Assembly: GCA_947478395.1 (NCBI GenBank)
Contig: CANJVR010000005.1
Span: 123,603-187,602, forward strand
From: Opitutia bacterium
Lineage (GTDB): Bacteria; Verrucomicrobiota; Verrucomicrobiia; Opitutales; Opitutaceae
DNA length: 64,000 nucleotides
Direction: 5' to 3'
Positions 20,260 to 30,425 of the stretch are shown in pieces. The stretch's first letter is position 1; each line of letters starts with the position of its first letter. The notes beneath the pieces are model-generated. The model had not been told where the DNA came from. It saw only the letters and a program-made list of their open reading frames with translations, and ran no database searches. Position numbers and translations under genes: made by a program.

Positions 20260-22242
20260 ATGCCCAGCCCAGAGCACAATCTCGCCGAACGTTCCGGCAA
20301 CCTTTTCGAGTCCCACAAGGGCTACGACCCGCGGCTGCGTCTATACTATTTCGTTTGCGCCGTGGTCACTCTGGTTCTGACCGGCGGCCTCGCCTACCAG
20401 CAACTGATCAAGACCGATATTCATCACGAGCGAGAAAAATTCCAGAGTCAGCGGCGCGTGGTGATCCCCGGGCCGCGGGGCAACATTTATGATCGCAACG
20501 GCCAGGTGCTCGTGCGCAACCGCCCGCGCCTCGCCGTTGTGCTTTACCTCGACGAGCTCGAGCCGGAATTTAACCGGGAATTTCGCCGCATCCGCACCAA
20601 TTATCGGGAAACCGGGGAGAAGGAACTGCCGACGGCCGCCGAGATGTCCACCCTCGCCCGCATCAGCATCGTCCAAGGTTACCAAGACCAAGTGAACGAG
20701 GTCCTCGGCGTGGGTCTTCAAGTGGACGCCGCGCGCCTCAGCAAACACTTCAAAACCGAACGCGCCCTGCCGTATCCGCTGATCGAGGATCTCCAACCCT
20801 CCGACTACGCCCAGCTCATCGAGCGGCTGCCGGTCCGCTCGCCACTCCAACTCTACACGTCGAACACCCGCGAGTATCCGTTTGGCTCCGCCGCAGCCCA
20901 TACCCTCGGCTATGTCGGCACGATCGAGGAGAAGGACGACAACGAACGGATCAAAACTTTCAAAGCAAAGGGCACCATCGGCCGGGAGGGACTGGAGCGT
21001 TCATTCGACGCCGAGCTGCAAGGCGAGCCAGGGAGCACGATTTTCAACGTCGATCCCGCCGGCTACAAGGTGAACAAGTCCCTCATCAAGCAGGCCCCCG
21101 TTCAGGGCAAAAACCTGGTCACGTCCCTCGACATCGACCTTCAGATCACCGCTGAGCAAACCATCGGCGATCGCACCGGCGCCGCCGTCGCGATCGACAT
21201 CAAAACCGGTGAGGTCCTCGCGCTCTGCAGCAAACCTGATTACGACCTCAGCGAGACCGCGCCCCGCATCAGCGATGAAACTTGGAAGAGCATCATCGAC
21301 CGCGATGCCCTGCTCAATCAGGCCATCGGCGGTGCCTATCCGCCTGGATCGACCTTCAAACTTCTCACGTCAATCGCCGCGCTGCGCGCGGGCGTGGTCA
21401 CACCCGATGACATTCTGATCGATTGCCAGGGCACCATGCTCATCGGAAAAACGCCGAAGACCTGTGACAACGGCCATGGCCACCACGGCGAGGTGAACCT
21501 GAGCCAGGCGATCGCCGTGAGTTGCGATCTGTATTACTACACGCTCGGCCTGAAGACCTCGATCGAGGCCATCGCAGCTGAAGCCCGGCGGTTCCACCTC
21601 GATCAACGCACTGGGATTGAGCTTCCCCTGGAAACGAGCCGCATGCTGATCCCCGACCCCGATTGGAAAAGGCGAGTGCGCGGCGAAAACTGGTTTCCTG
21701 GTGACACGGCCAACGTTGCGATCGGCCAGGGTGACGTGCTGGTCACGCCTTTGGAGATGGCGTGTTTCGCCGCGTCGATTGCACGCGACGAAACTTTCAC
21801 CACCCCCACGCTACGGCACGATCCCAAGGCGCCGACGCAACACCACGAATCGATCGGTCTGACACCCACGCAGCGCGCCGCGCTCCTCGCGGGGATGGAG
21901 GGCTGCACGCAACCTCCGGGCACCGCGAAAATCCTGACGACGATTCCAGCGCTGCGCGTTCCCGGCGTACGCATCGCCGGCAAGACTGGGACGGCGCAGA
22001 AGGATGTCTACAAAGACGGGAAATTGCTCGGGAAAATCAACTTCGCCTGGTTCATCTGTTTCGCCCCGGCTGAAAAACCAGAGATCGCCGTCGCGGTGAT
22101 GCTGGAAGGCGACACGATCGGCGAAGGCTACGGCGGCGGTGACAACGCGGCGCCAGTGGCTAGCGCGATCCTCAAAAAATATTTCGACAAACAGGCGCAC
22201 CCCAACGTGGTCATCCAGCCGTTCAAGACGGCTGGAAACTGA
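20260..22242 (+). CDS. mrdA: Penicillin-binding protein 2 (class B transpeptidase)
   Basis: RGNIYDRNG, REYPFG..AAHTLGYVG, PPGSTFK (SxxK), AGKTGTAQ. Confidence 0.93.
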   Translation: MPSPEHNLAERSGNLFESHKGYDPRLRLYYFVCAVVTLVLTGGLAYQQLIKTDIHHEREKFQSQRRVVIPGPRGNIYDRNGQVLVRNRPRLAVVLYLDELEPEFNREFRRIRTNYRETGEKELPTAAEMSTLARISIVQGYQDQVNEVLGVGLQVDAARLSKHFKTERALPYPLIEDLQPSDYAQLIERLPVRSPLQLYTSNTREYPFGSAAAHTLGYVGTIEEKDDNERIKTFKAKGTIGREGLERSFDAELQGEPGSTIFNVDPAGYKVNKSLIKQAPVQGKNLVTSLDIDLQITAEQTIGDRTGAAVAIDIKTGEVLALCSKPDYDLSETAPRISDETWKSIIDRDALLNQAIGGAYPPGSTFKLLTSIAALRAGVVTPDDILIDCQGTMLIGKTPKTCDNGHGHHGEVNLSQAIAVSCDLYYYTLGLKTSIEAIAAEARRFHLDQRTGIELPLETSRMLIPDPDWKRRVRGENWFPGDTANVAIGQGDVLVTPLEMACFAASIARDETFTTPTLRHDPKAPTQHHESIGLTPTQRAALLAGMEGCTQPPGTAKILTTIPALRVPGVRIAGKTGTAQKDVYKDGKLLGKINFAWFICFAPAEKPEIAVAVMLEGDTIGEGYGGGDNAAPVASAILKKYFDKQAHPNVVIQPFKTAGN

Positions 22243-22425
22243 CCGGCGAAGTCCGGACCGTATCGCGCCCCTCAACCACGCCCGCGTTGCGCCCGCGCGA
22301 TGCTGCGGCGATTCGAGCAGCCGTTCTCCCACGCTCATGCCTAGTCGTTCTAGGGTTCTAATCCGAAAACCCTCGTGAACGAGGCGGATTAGGGGAACGA
22401 GAGCGTCGGCCAACGTCGGCGGCCC

Positions 22426-23235
<810 letters not shown>

Positions 23236-23408
23236 AATTAGGGTGGGATAACGCGCTCCAACTTCAGTAGCCGGGGTGACACTGGGCGGACGCAGCGCAG
23301 CCCCCGTTGTGGTTACAACAGACATAAATGCGAGCCCGGATCGAAGGGTCCTGCATCCAGCACCGCCCGCCGCTTCCGACGGAAATCAAAAAGCTACCGA
23401 ATTTTTCG

Positions 23409-24110
23409 TTACTCCGCCAAAATCTCCAGCATCCGCGAAAACAGCCGGTTCACTTTTGCCTGATTGTCTTTCACGAGGTCCTTGAACTTCGCGAAATCGA
23501 TTTCGGTGCCTTCGAGGCCGTTCGCGTAATTATCGATGATCGCGAGTGAATTATAGCGCAGCCCGATTTCGCCGCAGAGGTCCGCCTCGTGCGCGGCCGT
23601 CATGCCGACCACATCGCCCCAGTGCTGCACGATCTTGATCTCCGCTTTCGTCTCGAAGCGCGGGCCGCGCATCTGCACGTAAACTTTACCCGGGGAAATC
23701 GAAAATTCCGGCGCGAGCTTTTCCCGCAACATCGGAATCAAGTTATTCGCGATGCCCGGCGCGCCGCCTTTGAGCTCCTTGTCAAAAAAAGTCTGCGGCC
23801 CCTGCTGCAAACCGACGTAGTCGCTGCAAGACACCATCGTGCCCGGCGGCAGATCTTTCTTCAGCGAGCCGACCGAGTTGAGCGAAACGATGTCTTGATA
23901 ACCGAGATCGGCGAGCGCGCGGATGTTGGCGCGGTAGTTAATCGAGTGCGGCGGCAGCGGAAACGCGTAGCCGTGGCGGTTGATCAAGACGAAGTCGCCC
24001 TTGGTCTTGTAGGTGACGGGACCGTAGTTCGTCTCGATCGTTTTGACCTCCCAAGCCGCGAACAGCGAGGAGTTGACGATGCTGGTGCCACTGATGAAAG
24101 CGACTTTCAT
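23409..24110 (-). CDS. MTAP-family purine nucleoside phosphorylase
   Basis: NRHG....PPHSINYRANI, NSVGSL, GPRFETKAEI, DVVGMT..HEA, DNYANG. Confidence 0.9.
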   Translation of the reverse strand: MKVAFISGTSIVNSSLFAAWEVKTIETNYGPVTYKTKGDFVLINRHGYAFPLPPHSINYRANIRALADLGYQDIVSLNSVGSLKKDLPPGTMVSCSDYVGLQQGPQTFFDKELKGGAPGIANNLIPMLREKLAPEFSISPGKVYVQMRGPRFETKAEIKIVQHWGDVVGMTAAHEADLCGEIGLRYNSLAIIDNYANGLEGTEIDFAKFKDLVKDNQAKVNRLFSRMLEILAE

Positions 24111-24204
24111 GGTCCGACCATCGTGCGCGGTCCCGCCGAGAACAAACGATTTCTTGAAGTGAATCGCCGCTGCTCTTCAGTTCGCGGCTACCTTTCGACC
24201 CACT

Positions 24205-25176
24205 ATGCCCCTGATCGACCAACCCCTCGACGAACTTCGCGTTTACGCGGGCCGCAACCCTCGGCCCGCCGATTTCGACGCGTACTGGGGCGCCGCTCTC
24301 CGCGAACTCGACGCCACCGATCCCAAACCCGAACTGCGCCCGAGTACTGCGATTGCCACGCACCACGCCGAATGTTTCGACCTGTGGTTCACCGGGGTCG
24401 GCGGCGCTCGTATCTACGCTAAATATATCCGGCCGAAGCATGACCCGGCCGGCGCCAAACGTCCCGCCGCGATTCAATTTCACGGTTACTCCGGCAACAG
24501 CGGCGACTGGATGGACAAGCTCGGCTACGCCAGCGAAGGACTCTGTTACGCCGCGATGGACTGCCGCGGACAAGGCGGACGCTCCGAGGACACTGCCTCC
24601 GTAAAAGGCCCGACCTTGCGCGGCCATATCGTGCGCGGCCTCGACGATCCCGATCCGCGCAAATTGGCGTTCCGGCAAATCTTCCTCGATGCCGTGCAAC
24701 TCGCGCGCGTCGTCATGAATCTCCCCGAGGTCGACCCCGCACGCGTGGGTTGCTTCGGGAATTCGCAAGGAGGAGCGCTCACCCTCGTGTGTGCCGCGCT
24801 CGAACCACGCATCAAACGCGCCGCGCCGGTCTTCCCGTTTCTGTGCGACTACCAGCGCGTGTGGGAAATGGATCAGGCCAAGGACGCTTACCAGGAGTTG
24901 CGCGAATTTTTCCGGCTCTTCGATCCGCGGCATGAACGCGAAGCGGAGATTTTCTCACGACTCGGCTATATCGATTGCCAGCATTTCGCGTCCCGCATCG
25001 AGGCCGAGGTACTGATGTTCACCGGCCTGATGGATACCATTTGTCCGCCGAGCACCCAGTTTGCCGCTTACAATAAGATCACCGCGCCGAAGAATATGGT
25101 GATCTATCCCGACTTCGCGCACGAGCCTCTCCCCGGTCAGGCTGATCGCACATTTAATTTCATGCTGGGGTTGTGA
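24205..25176 (+). CDS. Acetylxylan esterase / cephalosporin-C deacetylase (CE7)
   Basis: PADFDAYW, FHGYSG, DCRGQGG, GNSQGG nucleophile, DTICPPSTQFAAYN, FAHE. Confidence 0.92.
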   Translation: MPLIDQPLDELRVYAGRNPRPADFDAYWGAALRELDATDPKPELRPSTAIATHHAECFDLWFTGVGGARIYAKYIRPKHDPAGAKRPAAIQFHGYSGNSGDWMDKLGYASEGLCYAAMDCRGQGGRSEDTASVKGPTLRGHIVRGLDDPDPRKLAFRQIFLDAVQLARVVMNLPEVDPARVGCFGNSQGGALTLVCAALEPRIKRAAPVFPFLCDYQRVWEMDQAKDAYQELREFFRLFDPRHEREAEIFSRLGYIDCQHFASRIEAEVLMFTGLMDTICPPSTQFAAYNKITAPKNMVIYPDFAHEPLPGQADRTFNFMLGL

Positions 25177-25902
25177 GGTGCTGGAGCAGTTGCGGATTCG
25201 GTGCGAGCGCGCAACCCACCCCGGGGCTCTGCACTCCAGCCGCCGCCCTAAAATCCTGGCGCCGACGCTTGCGACGCTTCCTCGAAAAGCTGCCGGTTCA
25301 TCTCGCCGCGCTCGGCGGCCAGTGACGTCATGCGCCATGCCGAAGCTCCTTCCGCGGGCGGCACAATCTCGAATCGGTTGGGCAACTTCCGCATCGTTTC
25401 ATTTGGAGGAGAAGCGACCGTTGGAGCGGAATGGGAACCCGCCAATCCAAAATTTGCATACCCCTCTTTACGAGGACCTCTCCGCCAAAGTTCCCTTTCG
25501 AGAATGAGGCCAATCGGGCGGGATGGGTTTCGGCTGCCTCGCGAGATTAACCTTAAACAACCTCACGCGCACCCCACGTTCACGGGGATCGGATGCGTTC
25601 CGTGAAACGGATCTGATGCCAGTGCGGATAGGCCTTCGCCGTAGCGTTGGCCGGCTCGAGCTTTGCCTCCTGTGCCGTCGTGAGGTTCCAGCCCGATCGC
25701 GCTGAGATTTTGGCGAAGCTGGTACTCGTCTCCGTGCCGAAACTGAGCACCGGCACCTTGAATCCAGAAGCGCGGAGCTTTCGCTATTCCAGGGCGAAAA
25801 AAGCTTGGGCGATCACGCAAACCGAGTTTTCGCCGCTGGCGATGGGCGCATCGAAAGAAACGCGAGCCCCGCCTTGACGGGACTCGCGCCACTTCGAATC
25901 CC

Positions 25903-26271
25903 TCAATTCGTGATATCGAAAGTCGTGCTTTCCTGGCGAATCGGCAAGTAGGCCTCGTACCATTTCTTCTGCGCGGCGCTGCCGGTGTAATCTTTCAGCG
26001 CCTGCTCGTCGGCGAATTCCATCGCGAAAGCAAAGCCGCGATCGCCCTGCACCTTGATCGGCTTCGTCCACACGCGCACGATCCCTTTGAACGCCGCTGG
26101 TAGACCCTTCACTCCGTCCATCGCGGCCTGAATTTGCGCAGGCTTGGTATCGGCATTCCAGGAAACGGTCACGACATGGATCACCGATTTGGGCGCGGTC
26201 TCAGCCGCGAAGGCCGCCGAGCCGAAGGCGAGCAAGACAGACGTAGAAACGATCGACAGTAATTTTTTCAT
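25903..26271 (-). CDS. Exported Dabb (stress-responsive A/B barrel) family protein
   Basis: Signal peptide MKKLLSIVSTSVLLAFGSAAFA, then VIHVVTVSW...FAMEFADEQALKDY. Confidence 0.75.
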   Translation of the reverse strand: MKKLLSIVSTSVLLAFGSAAFAAETAPKSVIHVVTVSWNADTKPAQIQAAMDGVKGLPAAFKGIVRVWTKPIKVQGDRGFAFAMEFADEQALKDYTGSAAQKKWYEAYLPIRQESTTFDITN

Positions 26272-26668
26272 ATTGGATCTGATTGGGAGCTGGCCCGCCT
26301 TCCGGGCGGGAAAAGAGCACTCCGCTGGCTCGCGGAACGATTGGCGAACCCAATTTCCTGCGGAAGAATTTTTCCGGGAAATTCCAAACGAAGCGCGCCA
26401 GTCGACCATCTCCAGCACGCGATGGTTGTAACTGCCCCCGCTGAAAAGCGCGCCGGTCCGCCGATTCAGCGCGACCAGGGGGAGCCGACGCCCGTCGTTG
26501 GGATTCGAAATATGCAGCGCGCGATTCCGCCCGCAACACAACGGACCGGCTGGCCTAAAAATCATGGCGCAAAAACCACGAATTCGTTTGCAATGCCGGC
26601 TGCGGACTTGCACGACGACACGTGTCCGCATTTGCCTTGGTTTACTATCCTTCCCGATCCTAGCTCGC

Positions 26669-29600
26669 ATGAAATCCCGATTCCCCCACCTCCTGCTGCG
26701 CGCCATTCCGGCGACTTTCGCTGGCACGATGTTCCTTTGCAGCGCTTGGGCCCAAACGCCCGCGGTCAACGGAACGCCTCAACCACCCACCGCCGCGCCG
26801 GCGCCCAAAAAGGCGATCCCCGTTGAAACGACGCCGTCTGCCGCGCCCAAAGCTGACGAGACGCTGGTGTTGTCTCCTTTCGAAGTCGTGTCCGACGCGA
26901 AAGGTTACTTCCAATCGAATACGATGTCGGGCACCCGGCTCAACTCGAAGATCGAGGACTTGGGCCAGTCGATCACCGTGATGACGAAGGAGCAGATGAC
27001 CGACTTCGCGATGCTCGATATCAACGATGTGTTCGATCACATGGCGAGCACCGAGGGCACCGGATCCTACTCCCAGTTCGACACCGACCGCACGGGCGCC
27101 GTGGTCGACCAGGTGAGCCTCAATCCGAACAACGCCAACCGCGTGCGCGGCATCGGCAGCGCCAATATCGCGTTCAATAATATCCAGATGTCAGGTCGCG
27201 TCCCGTTGGATCCGCTCTGGATTGACTCGCTCGAGTTGAGCCGCGGACCCAACGCCAACATTTTCGGCCTGGGCAACGCTTCCGGCACGGTCAATCAGGT
27301 CCCGGCCACCGCCAACCTCAGCCGCAATTTCACCCGCGTGGAATTCCGCGGTGACAGCTATGATGGCTGGCGCACCTCGCTCGACGCGAACCGGGAGCTG
27401 ATCAAGGGCAAGCTGGCGGTGCGCGCGAGTTACTCCAATCAGCGCACCGGATTCGAGCGCAAGCCCTCTGGCGAAAGTGCCCGCCGGCTCAGTGCACAAC
27501 TCAAGTTCCGGCCGTTCCAAAACACGACGCTGGCGCTCTCGTGGTACAATTTCAAAAATGCGACCAACCGGCCCAACTTCACGACTCCACGTGATTATTA
27601 CACCGATTGGTTCAGGAATGGGCAACCGGGTTGGAATCCTGTCACCCGCCTCGTCACTTTCGCCGACGGACGAGTGATGGGGCTTGGGAATGTCCCCGGT
27701 TCCACCACGCCGTATACGGCCAACCCGAGCTTCTTCACCGGCGGCGCGGAGAGTCGTTCGCCTTTCCAGATCGGCGCCCCGGGCCAAGCCCCGTATTGGA
27801 CCATGGCGCGATACACGTCTAATCCCGCGACCCCGGCCGGGAATAATTTTTCAGTGACCGACCCGTTTGCGTCGGCGGCCTCGGGTATCGGCCTTTTGAC
27901 CACGGGTCCGTCCGAAACATTCAGCTCCACGCAGCAGCCGCTCTACAATTCTGTGGCCCGCCCCATCTATGATAAGTCGATCTACGACTATTCAAAAATC
28001 AATTTGGCGGGCAACGGGAAGGCCTGGGACGACGTGGATACCTACATGGCCCAGCTCGACCAAATTATCCTCAACACCCCCAAGCAGACCCTGGCGGCCC
28101 AAGCGACCTTCCTGCGGGAGGATTCCAAGCGCCTGGAAAACCAGCCCATGGGCCCCGCGAGCGTGAACAGCAATGTCGGCCAGCTCCAAGTCGACGTGAA
28201 CCAGGTCTATCTGGACGGCACGCCCAATCCCTATTTCGGCCGGCCCTACCTGCGGAGCAGCGAACCCTTCCTGCGGAACAAGCCCTTGTTGTGGGATACC
28301 GCACGGGCTCAGGTCGCCTACAAGGTCGATTTTTCTCAGGATAAGGGTTGGAGCAAGTGGCTCGGCACCCAGCAGCTCCTCGGCTATTACGAATACAAGG
28401 ATCAGAAGAATTATTCTTACACCTATCGGCACACCGCGCTGGGCCTCGACAAGGGCTGGGAGCAAAAATATGCGAACACGCTGCTCGGCCTCCAGACCGT
28501 GACCAACACCGATCCGAGGTATCTGATCAACGGCAACGCCATTGTCCCCGGCAACTATGACCGGCTCAACGAACAATACTATGTCGGTAGTATCCGCGGC
28601 GGTCCCGTTCAATACGCCCCGAATCTTTTCCCGGAAGGCGCGAGTGTTCCTTATGTCTGGGGACCCTCCTCTGACGCTATGATCAAGGATGTTTCAGCCG
28701 TTGGCTTCACGCCGGCTCAGGGTGGCGGTCTCAACAACCTCAACGAAGTCGTTAAGACCGTCGGTGGCGTACTCCAGAGCAGCTTCCTCGCTAACCGACT
28801 GGTGGCGACGTTCGGGATGCGCCAGGACACCGTGAACGATCGCAATGCTCCGCTCGCCTTGATGACCTCGGACTTGCGCGCCTATAACTTCGCGGCGGAC
28901 AATACGTGGGTGGGCCCTTGGCGCGTCGCCAAAGGCAAAACGAAGTTCACCTCGGTCGTGGCTCGTCCATTCCAGGATCTCAGGTACTTCCGATCCGACG
29001 ACAAGACCGGCGTCAGCCGGTTTCTGGCCCAGGCGGTCAACAGCCTCAGCCTCACCTTCAACAAAGCAGATAACTTCGTCGCGCAGGGCCCGGCCTTCGA
29101 TCTGTTCCTCAAGCCGCTGCCCAACCAAACCGGCACGAGCAAGGATCTCGGTTTCTGGATGACGGTGCTGGATGGAAAACTCTCCATTCACTACACGCAT
29201 TTCGACACCAAGCAGAACGATCTCCGCAACGGGGACATCAGCACGATGGCCCAGCGCATCCTGCGGTACGAAGGATTTGTCGCGAACGATTCCTACAACT
29301 TGAGGACTCAGGCGACGGCGTGGATCAGCGGGCTCGCCACCGGCGGAACCGCCACCAACGAGCAGATTGCCGCGGCGATCAAGATGCCGATCGACCAGTA
29401 CAACGGGCTGCAGAAAATTGCCGCCAACAACACCTATGCCGCAGTGAATAACTCGCAGTCCAAGGGCCATGAGCTTGAAATCAACTTCAACCCCACTCGC
29501 TATTGGACGATCAGTGCGTCGGTCACCAAAACCACGGCGCTGAACACGGGTTCGGGCGGAGCGGTGGACGACTATATCGCGGCGCGCCTCCCCGTCTGGA

Positions 29601-30277
29601 ACACGCTCGAAGACCCGCGCTACACCAACACCACGCAAACCATCGGTGGTGTGACAACGGCCTATGTGACTCCCCCCGCGGCTGCCCTCCCGACCGGCAC
29701 CACCGGCCACTTGCTTTGGTGGAATGTCCTGGGCGCGCCCTTCACCACGCTGTCCGGCTACAATGCCACCCAGTCGGCCGCGTTGAACTTCGCCGGGAAC
29801 GTCGATGCGCCGATGTCCGTGTTTCGCGCCCTCATCGGCCGTCCGCTGCCCCAGCAGCGCGAATATTCCACCAAATTCAACACGCGGTATCAGCTGGCTG
29901 GTATGTTCAATAACCGGGTCCTCAAGGCCATGAGTGTGGGTGGCTCGTTGCGCTACTCCAGCCGGGGTTCCATCGGATTCTACGGCCTCGGGTTTACGCA
30001 GGGCATGGACCTCACTCTCCCCGCGAACAAGATCGTGCGGCTCGATCCAGATCGTCCGATCTACGCGGCGCCCGAGGTGTACGTCGACCTGTTGTTGAGC
30101 TATCGAACCAAGTTCTTCCGCGACAAAATCGGAGCGAGCTTCCAGCTCAACGTGAAAAACCTGCAGGAAAGCAGTGTGCGTTTACAGAAAACGAGCGCCT
30201 TCTTCGACGGTCGAGCCTCGGCCTACCGTATCGTCGACCCGCGACAGTTCATCCTGAGCGCGACCTTCGATCTGTAA
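26669..30277 (+). CDS. TonB-dependent outer-membrane receptor (Opitutaceae-type)
   Basis: Signal peptide, LSPFEV TonB-box region, SGTRLNS..EDLGQSITVMT plug, RGPNANIFG, C-terminal DPRQFILSATFDL. ATG 26669 preferred. Confidence 0.92.
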   Translation: MKSRFPHLLLRAIPATFAGTMFLCSAWAQTPAVNGTPQPPTAAPAPKKAIPVETTPSAAPKADETLVLSPFEVVSDAKGYFQSNTMSGTRLNSKIEDLGQSITVMTKEQMTDFAMLDINDVFDHMASTEGTGSYSQFDTDRTGAVVDQVSLNPNNANRVRGIGSANIAFNNIQMSGRVPLDPLWIDSLELSRGPNANIFGLGNASGTVNQVPATANLSRNFTRVEFRGDSYDGWRTSLDANRELIKGKLAVRASYSNQRTGFERKPSGESARRLSAQLKFRPFQNTTLALSWYNFKNATNRPNFTTPRDYYTDWFRNGQPGWNPVTRLVTFADGRVMGLGNVPGSTTPYTANPSFFTGGAESRSPFQIGAPGQAPYWTMARYTSNPATPAGNNFSVTDPFASAASGIGLLTTGPSETFSSTQQPLYNSVARPIYDKSIYDYSKINLAGNGKAWDDVDTYMAQLDQIILNTPKQTLAAQATFLREDSKRLENQPMGPASVNSNVGQLQVDVNQVYLDGTPNPYFGRPYLRSSEPFLRNKPLLWDTARAQVAYKVDFSQDKGWSKWLGTQQLLGYYEYKDQKNYSYTYRHTALGLDKGWEQKYANTLLGLQTVTNTDPRYLINGNAIVPGNYDRLNEQYYVGSIRGGPVQYAPNLFPEGASVPYVWGPSSDAMIKDVSAVGFTPAQGGGLNNLNEVVKTVGGVLQSSFLANRLVATFGMRQDTVNDRNAPLALMTSDLRAYNFAADNTWVGPWRVAKGKTKFTSVVARPFQDLRYFRSDDKTGVSRFLAQAVNSLSLTFNKADNFVAQGPAFDLFLKPLPNQTGTSKDLGFWMTVLDGKLSIHYTHFDTKQNDLRNGDISTMAQRILRYEGFVANDSYNLRTQATAWISGLATGGTATNEQIAAAIKMPIDQYNGLQKIAANNTYAAVNNSQSKGHELEINFNPTRYWTISASVTKTTALNTGSGGAVDDYIAARLPVWNTLEDPRYTNTTQTIGGVTTAYVTPPAAALPTGTTGHLLWWNVLGAPFTTLSGYNATQSAALNFAGNVDAPMSVFRALIGRPLPQQREYSTKFNTRYQLAGMFNNRVLKAMSVGGSLRYSSRGSIGFYGLGFTQGMDLTLPANKIVRLDPDRPIYAAPEVYVDLLLSYRTKFFRDKIGASFQLNVKNLQESSVRLQKTSAFFDGRASAYRIVDPRQFILSATFDL

Positions 30278-30301
30278 CGGTGGTCACTTGATGACCGGAC
30301 C

Positions 30302-30334
30302 CGCCGCCACCCGAAAGGGGGCGGCGTTTTTTTT
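30302..30334 (+). terminator. Intrinsic terminator after the TonB-dependent receptor
   Basis: CGCCGCCACCC-GAAA-GGGGGCGGCG followed by T8. Confidence 0.88.
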
Positions 30335-30425
30335 GCCGTAAAAATCGCATGACGTCCTGGCGCACCACCCGTGGGCAAGAGAGCAAACGTCTTGCCCGGA
30401 AACGGCGCGGACGGTTCGCTGCGGC

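Noticed and set aside
25523..25892. Short ORFs between the CE7 and Dabb genes
   Set aside because: No recognisable motif in any frame; left unannotated.
26596..26612. GG-N10-GC sigma-54-like site upstream of the TonB receptor
   Set aside because: The -24 box is a poor match (CGGCTGC) and likely chance in GC-rich DNA.
26498..26668. Long N-terminal extensions in the ORF track (also for araF, DUF5107, MFS, GH28, mreD and the Dabb protein)
   Set aside because: Downstream starts give proper signal peptides or domain starts; the extensions overlap promoter regions or neighbouring genes.
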